Source: a virus (lineage: Duplodnaviria; Caudoviricetes). From it: 46,928 bases of DNA. The position numbers and the translations under genes were made by a program. Positions 43,689-46,928 of the stretch are shown here, piece after piece (the first letter of the stretch is position 1; each line of letters opens with the position of its first letter). Location of the stretch: the IMG/VR virus record IMGVR_UViG_3300037760_000053, positions 1-46,928 of that record. One strand, given 5' to 3'. The notes below the pieces were generated by a model. That model saw nothing but the letters and a program-made list of their open reading frames with translations. It was not told the DNA's origin and did not search any database.

Positions 43689-43896
43689 CCTCACGCTGTC
43701 GCGCGCCGAGCTGGTCGAGTTGACCGAGAAGCGCCAAGGGGGCGCGCAAGCGCGCGTCCTGCGGGCGCTCGGGATCGACCACAAGCGCCGGCCGGACGGC
43801 TCGATCGTCGTGCTCAGAAATTCCTTGCAAGCAGGGTTAGCATCTGCTAAGGTGCGCGGTAGAGAGTTCAGGATCGCTTGGGAGGGTGAAAAGTGA
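43663..43896 (+). CDS. DUF4224 excisionase-like HTH protein
   Basis: LSRAELVELT......AQ.RVL...GI....RPDG...V.R. Confidence 0.75.
   Translation: MSATPTSGSLTLSRAELVELTEKRQGGAQARVLRALGIDHKRRPDGSIVVLRNSLQAGLASAKVRGREFRIAWEGEK
43825..43853 (+). promoter_or_regulatory. Promoter with operator inside the excisionase-like gene
   Basis: TTGCAA-N17-TAAGGT containing TTAGCATCTGCTAA. Confidence 0.6.
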
Positions 43897-44043
43897 TATT
43901 CGGGCTGCGGCTGGCTGTGGAACTGACCACGAGCGCTATCGGGGCTACGATTGGCGGTGAGCTGTTCGACTCAGCGACCGCGGCGTATCAGGATGCCAGC
44001 CGCAGCACCAAATATCATTCGCCCTCAAAGAGCGGAGACTCAA

Positions 44044-44226
44044 ATGGCTAACAGTAAACGTGAGCGCACTGAAGCGCTCAAGATGAGTTCGCAAGTCGAT
44101 GAAGCAAAAAGCCGACTCATGCATATTCTGAGCAGGCTCGAGGATGAAGGTACGGCGAGAGCCACGATGCAGCTCGCGTCCATCATCGGCCGGCTGGAAG
44201 ACTGGCAGAACAGCCAGCGCCACTGA
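44044..44226 (+). CDS. Hypothetical protein
   Basis: 60 aa, GGAG SD. Confidence 0.55.
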   Translation: MANSKRERTEALKMSSQVDEAKSRLMHILSRLEDEGTARATMQLASIIGRLEDWQNSQRH

Positions 44227-44277
44227 CTTCGGAGGACGGCGATGTTTAGATCTTCTGATGCCAAGAGACACAACACT

Positions 44278-44499
44278 ATGAGCACGAACACCGGAGCCAC
44301 CACATTGGGCGATGAACTCCCCCGCCAGCAGGGCCGCGTGCGCGAGCTGATTGGCATCTACCGAGAGATCGGGCCGGCTGGCCAATTCGCCATCGCAATG
44401 ATGGAGGACGCTCTACGCCGTGCTGACAAGGCGGTCATGGAGCAAGACATCGTGGCGATGGTCCGCGTCTGCAAAGAGCTTCAAGAGTTCAAAGAATGA
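44278..44499 (+). CDS. Hypothetical helical phage protein
   Basis: TLG.ELP....RVREL...Y..IGPAG.F pattern. Confidence 0.65.
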   Translation: MSTNTGATTLGDELPRQQGRVRELIGIYREIGPAGQFAIAMMEDALRRADKAVMEQDIVAMVRVCKELQEFKE

Positions 44500-44636
44500 T
44501 CGTCAAATGCCAAATCAGCCAATTCACTAACGCGCCAGCCCGGCAAACACCACTGGTTCTGTGACCTATCTTTCGGCCAGTGGTACAGCATGCGACGGTG
44601 CGACTGCGGCGCTGATCCGCTGTCTCGGAGGGACAG

Positions 44637-44828
44637 ATGCAATTAGAAATCTCCATCGTCCCATACAAAGATTCACGTTTCGAGGTAATTCTGCGGGATG
44701 CCGAGACCGGCGAAGAAATTACGCTCAGCGGTAAACGAGGATTTACTCAGGCGGAATTGAGGCTGCTTGGTCAAATAGCTCCACCGTGCGTGTACACACG
44801 GTACGTGTCTCGGGAAGGCGGGAAATGA
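44637..44828 (+). CDS. Hypothetical protein
   Basis: 63 aa, GGAGG SD. Confidence 0.5.
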   Translation: MQLEISIVPYKDSRFEVILRDAETGEEITLSGKRGFTQAELRLLGQIAPPCVYTRYVSREGGK

Positions 44829-44896
44829 TTAGGCCTACTCACCCCTTGCGAGGCTTTCGGCCGACAAGAATGGTAGCACAGTCCGAGGAGACACAA

Positions 44897-45205
44897 ATGC
44901 GAGATGAGCCAGAATGCTTCTGCCTGCCGGATGATGTGTGCCGCTACTGCACCGCGCTCGCTCGAGTGGCTGAGCTTGAGACCAAGCTAGACGAGGCTCA
45001 TAAAGTAATCGGGCTCGTCGGCCAGGAGCGTGACGCAGCTCGTGCCGAGCGAGATAGTTCTGTTTCCAGATTGAACGCGTGCCTTGATATGCTCCGCGGT
45101 CAGCCTATTAGGACAGCGCCCGCGAGGATACCCAGCACCGATGAGAGTTGGGACGAGGATGGGCCACTCGGCAAAGATGAGCGCTTTGTCCGTCCATCTG
45201 AGTGA
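44897..45205 (+). CDS. Hypothetical coiled-coil protein
   Basis: GAGGAG SD; CxC..CxxC followed by heptad repeats. Confidence 0.55.
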   Translation: MRDEPECFCLPDDVCRYCTALARVAELETKLDEAHKVIGLVGQERDAARAERDSSVSRLNACLDMLRGQPIRTAPARIPSTDESWDEDGPLGKDERFVRPSE

Positions 45206-45217
45206 AGCACACCTCCG

Positions 45218-46294
45218 ATGCCTCGCAAACGAAATCCTGAGCACCGCGGTCTGCCCCCGCGCTGGCGCTTCTACCACGGTGCCTACCGCTACCAGGTGCC
45301 TCCCGGCCTCGAGCATCTGTGGGACGGCAAGCGGCAGTTCACGCTCGGCCGCACGCTCGTCGAGGCGTACAGGACGTGGGCCGAGCGCGTAGAGCGCGCC
45401 GAGCGCATCACGACCGTCGCGCAACTGCTCGATCGTTACGCGCTCGAGGTGATCCCGCGGAAGGCGGCCCGCACACAGATAGACGATCTCAAGCGGCTGC
45501 CGATTCTCCGCAAGCTCTTCGGGCACGCGAACGTGCGCGGCGACCTGAAGCCGCACCACATCTACGAGTACGTCGACAGGAACCGTCACCGGCTGACGGC
45601 CGCCCACCGGGAGGTCGAGCTGCTAAGTCATGTATTCACGATGGCCGTGAACTGGGGGCTCACCGACGGCCACCCGTGGAAGGGCACCGGCATCACGCTG
45701 CAGCGCGAGCTTCGGCCGCGGCCGGCCGAGCGGTACGTCGAAGACTGGGAGGTCATCGAGGCGCTGTCGCTGCCCCCGCGGCGCAAGCGCGGCTCGGTGC
45801 TGATGTGCCAAGCGTACGTCCGTGTGAAGCTTTTGACGGGCCTGCGCAAGACCGACCTGCTGTGGCTGCCGGCCCAACACAGCGACGGCGGGCTGCGGGT
45901 GCACCCGAGCAAGACGCGCCACTCGAGTGGCGTCCGCCAGCTGTTCAGCTGGAACGACGCGCTGCGGGCGGCCGTGCAGTTGGCCCTCGCCGCGCGGCCG
46001 GTCGACATCGGCCCGTGGCTATTCTGTAACCGCTACGGCCGCCCGCTGATCCGCGACGACAACGTCACGAACAGCTTTGACTCGCAGTGGGGCCGGTTTA
46101 TGAACCGCTGCCTGCGCGAGACGCACCTCGAGAAGCGGTTCGCCGAGCGCGATCTACGGGCGAAGGTGGCGACCGACGCCGAGAGTCTCGAGCGCGCCCA
46201 AGCGTTACTGGGGCACGCCGACGCGCGCCTCACCAAGAGAGTCTATATCCGCCGGCCACAGTTGGTGCTGCCGGCAAGAGGAGTGAAGGAATGA
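45218..46294 (+). CDS. int: Tyrosine integrase
   Basis: LTGLRKTD (R), PSKT (K), ERDLRAK (HxxR variant), LLGH, TKRVY (Y). N-terminal arm-binding-type region. Confidence 0.92.
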   Translation: MPRKRNPEHRGLPPRWRFYHGAYRYQVPPGLEHLWDGKRQFTLGRTLVEAYRTWAERVERAERITTVAQLLDRYALEVIPRKAARTQIDDLKRLPILRKLFGHANVRGDLKPHHIYEYVDRNRHRLTAAHREVELLSHVFTMAVNWGLTDGHPWKGTGITLQRELRPRPAERYVEDWEVIEALSLPPRRKRGSVLMCQAYVRVKLLTGLRKTDLLWLPAQHSDGGLRVHPSKTRHSSGVRQLFSWNDALRAAVQLALAARPVDIGPWLFCNRYGRPLIRDDNVTNSFDSQWGRFMNRCLRETHLEKRFAERDLRAKVATDAESLERAQALLGHADARLTKRVYIRRPQLVLPARGVKE

Positions 46295-46602
46295 GGTACC
46301 TCGAAGTTCGATGTTGCTGCACGCCGACGCGCCTGTACGGATACCTGCCGGCGTCTGAGAATACGATCGCCGCTGGCCGCCGTATGAAGTTCGCGCTGCG
46401 CGATCAGTTCAAAGGGAACACGTGTTACAGTTTGCCTATTGAAACATTCGTCGACGACAACCATATGGGACGGCCTGCTGTGAAGTTCGAAGGTGGCGAC
46501 ATGTCGCCCCAAGAGAAGCTCGAACTACTGCGTTGGCTGCCCGGCTTCCGCGAAGCGAACGACCCTCCACCAGAGGAGCTCGTGCCGGCGAAACCCTGGT
46601 AA
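46291..46602 (+). CDS. Hypothetical protein between int and attP
   Basis: MRYLEVRCCC.P..L.G.LP, ATGA overlap with int. Confidence 0.6.
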   Translation: MRYLEVRCCCTPTRLYGYLPASENTIAAGRRMKFALRDQFKGNTCYSLPIETFVDDNHMGRPAVKFEGGDMSPQEKLELLRWLPGFREANDPPPEELVPAKPW

Positions 46603-46675
46603 TAGCACACCTGAGAATCTATAGCACAGCCCGCCGCTGCACCCCCCACCGCGCTTAACTTTCCGACATAGGGCG

Positions 46676-46703
46676 GCTGGTTCGAATCCAGTCGCCCCGA
46701 CCA
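46676..46703 (+). other. attP: attP core: tRNA 3' fragment (T arm, acceptor strand, CCA), most consistent with tRNA-Pro
   Basis: GCTGG-TTCGAAT-CCAGT-CGCCCCG-A-CCA downstream of int. No 5' tRNA half present. Confidence 0.8.
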
Positions 46704-46730
46704 TAAGATTCTGTGACAGAATCAGCAGCT

Positions 46731-46928
46731 TGAGCGGCACAAGGTGTGCTACGTTGTAAGCAATTGCTAACGTTCAAGGTGCTGTTTTGCCAAGTTGTCG
46801 AGGGGAGGAATAGCACATGATTTTCGAAGCGGCCCTAATCAGCACGCTGTGCCTAGGGATGGCCTTCGCCTGCGCGCGCGGTGCCCTACGAGCTTCCGGC
46901 AACCGCCGGGATGGGCTCTTCGCGTTCG
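46731..46928. repeat. Terminal direct repeat / circular overlap, right copy
   Basis: Copy of 1-198 with one mismatch. Confidence 0.95.

Noticed and set aside
46640-46703. Complete tRNA gene
   Set aside because: Only the T arm, acceptor 3' strand and CCA are present. No D arm, anticodon arm or matching 5' acceptor strand lies upstream, so it is treated as attP.

Overview
This window is an apparently complete, circularly closed temperate podophage genome of about 46.7 kb. Bases 1-198 recur at 46731-46928 with one mismatch. Gene order resembles BPP-1/epsilon15/APSE-type phages. The minus strand carries primase-helicase, TerS, TerL, portal, scaffold, major capsid, cement protein, adaptor, nozzle, ejection proteins, tailspike, endolysin, holin and a T5 A1-like metallophosphoesterase. 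The plus strand carries an XRE repressor, early genes, a Cas4-like exonuclease, SSB, DNA polymerase A, VRR-NUC, SNF2 helicase, nucleotide-metabolism genes, an excisionase-like gene, a tyrosine integrase and an attP matching a tRNA-Pro 3' end. Five features stand out. (1) A TTAGC-N4-GCTAA palindrome occurs at 18 perfect sites, in promoters, at gene junctions and inside genes. (2) A 2826-aa polyvalent ejection protein carries several effector-like domains and two out-of-frame nested ORFs. (3) A stand-alone, apparently catalytically dead copy of the terminase nuclease domain lies directly after TerL. (4) PolA is split into two genes around a small exported-protein gene. (5) The DUF2800 nuclease has its N-terminal Cys motif moved internally. 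All family calls come from motif recognition by eye; no database search was run.
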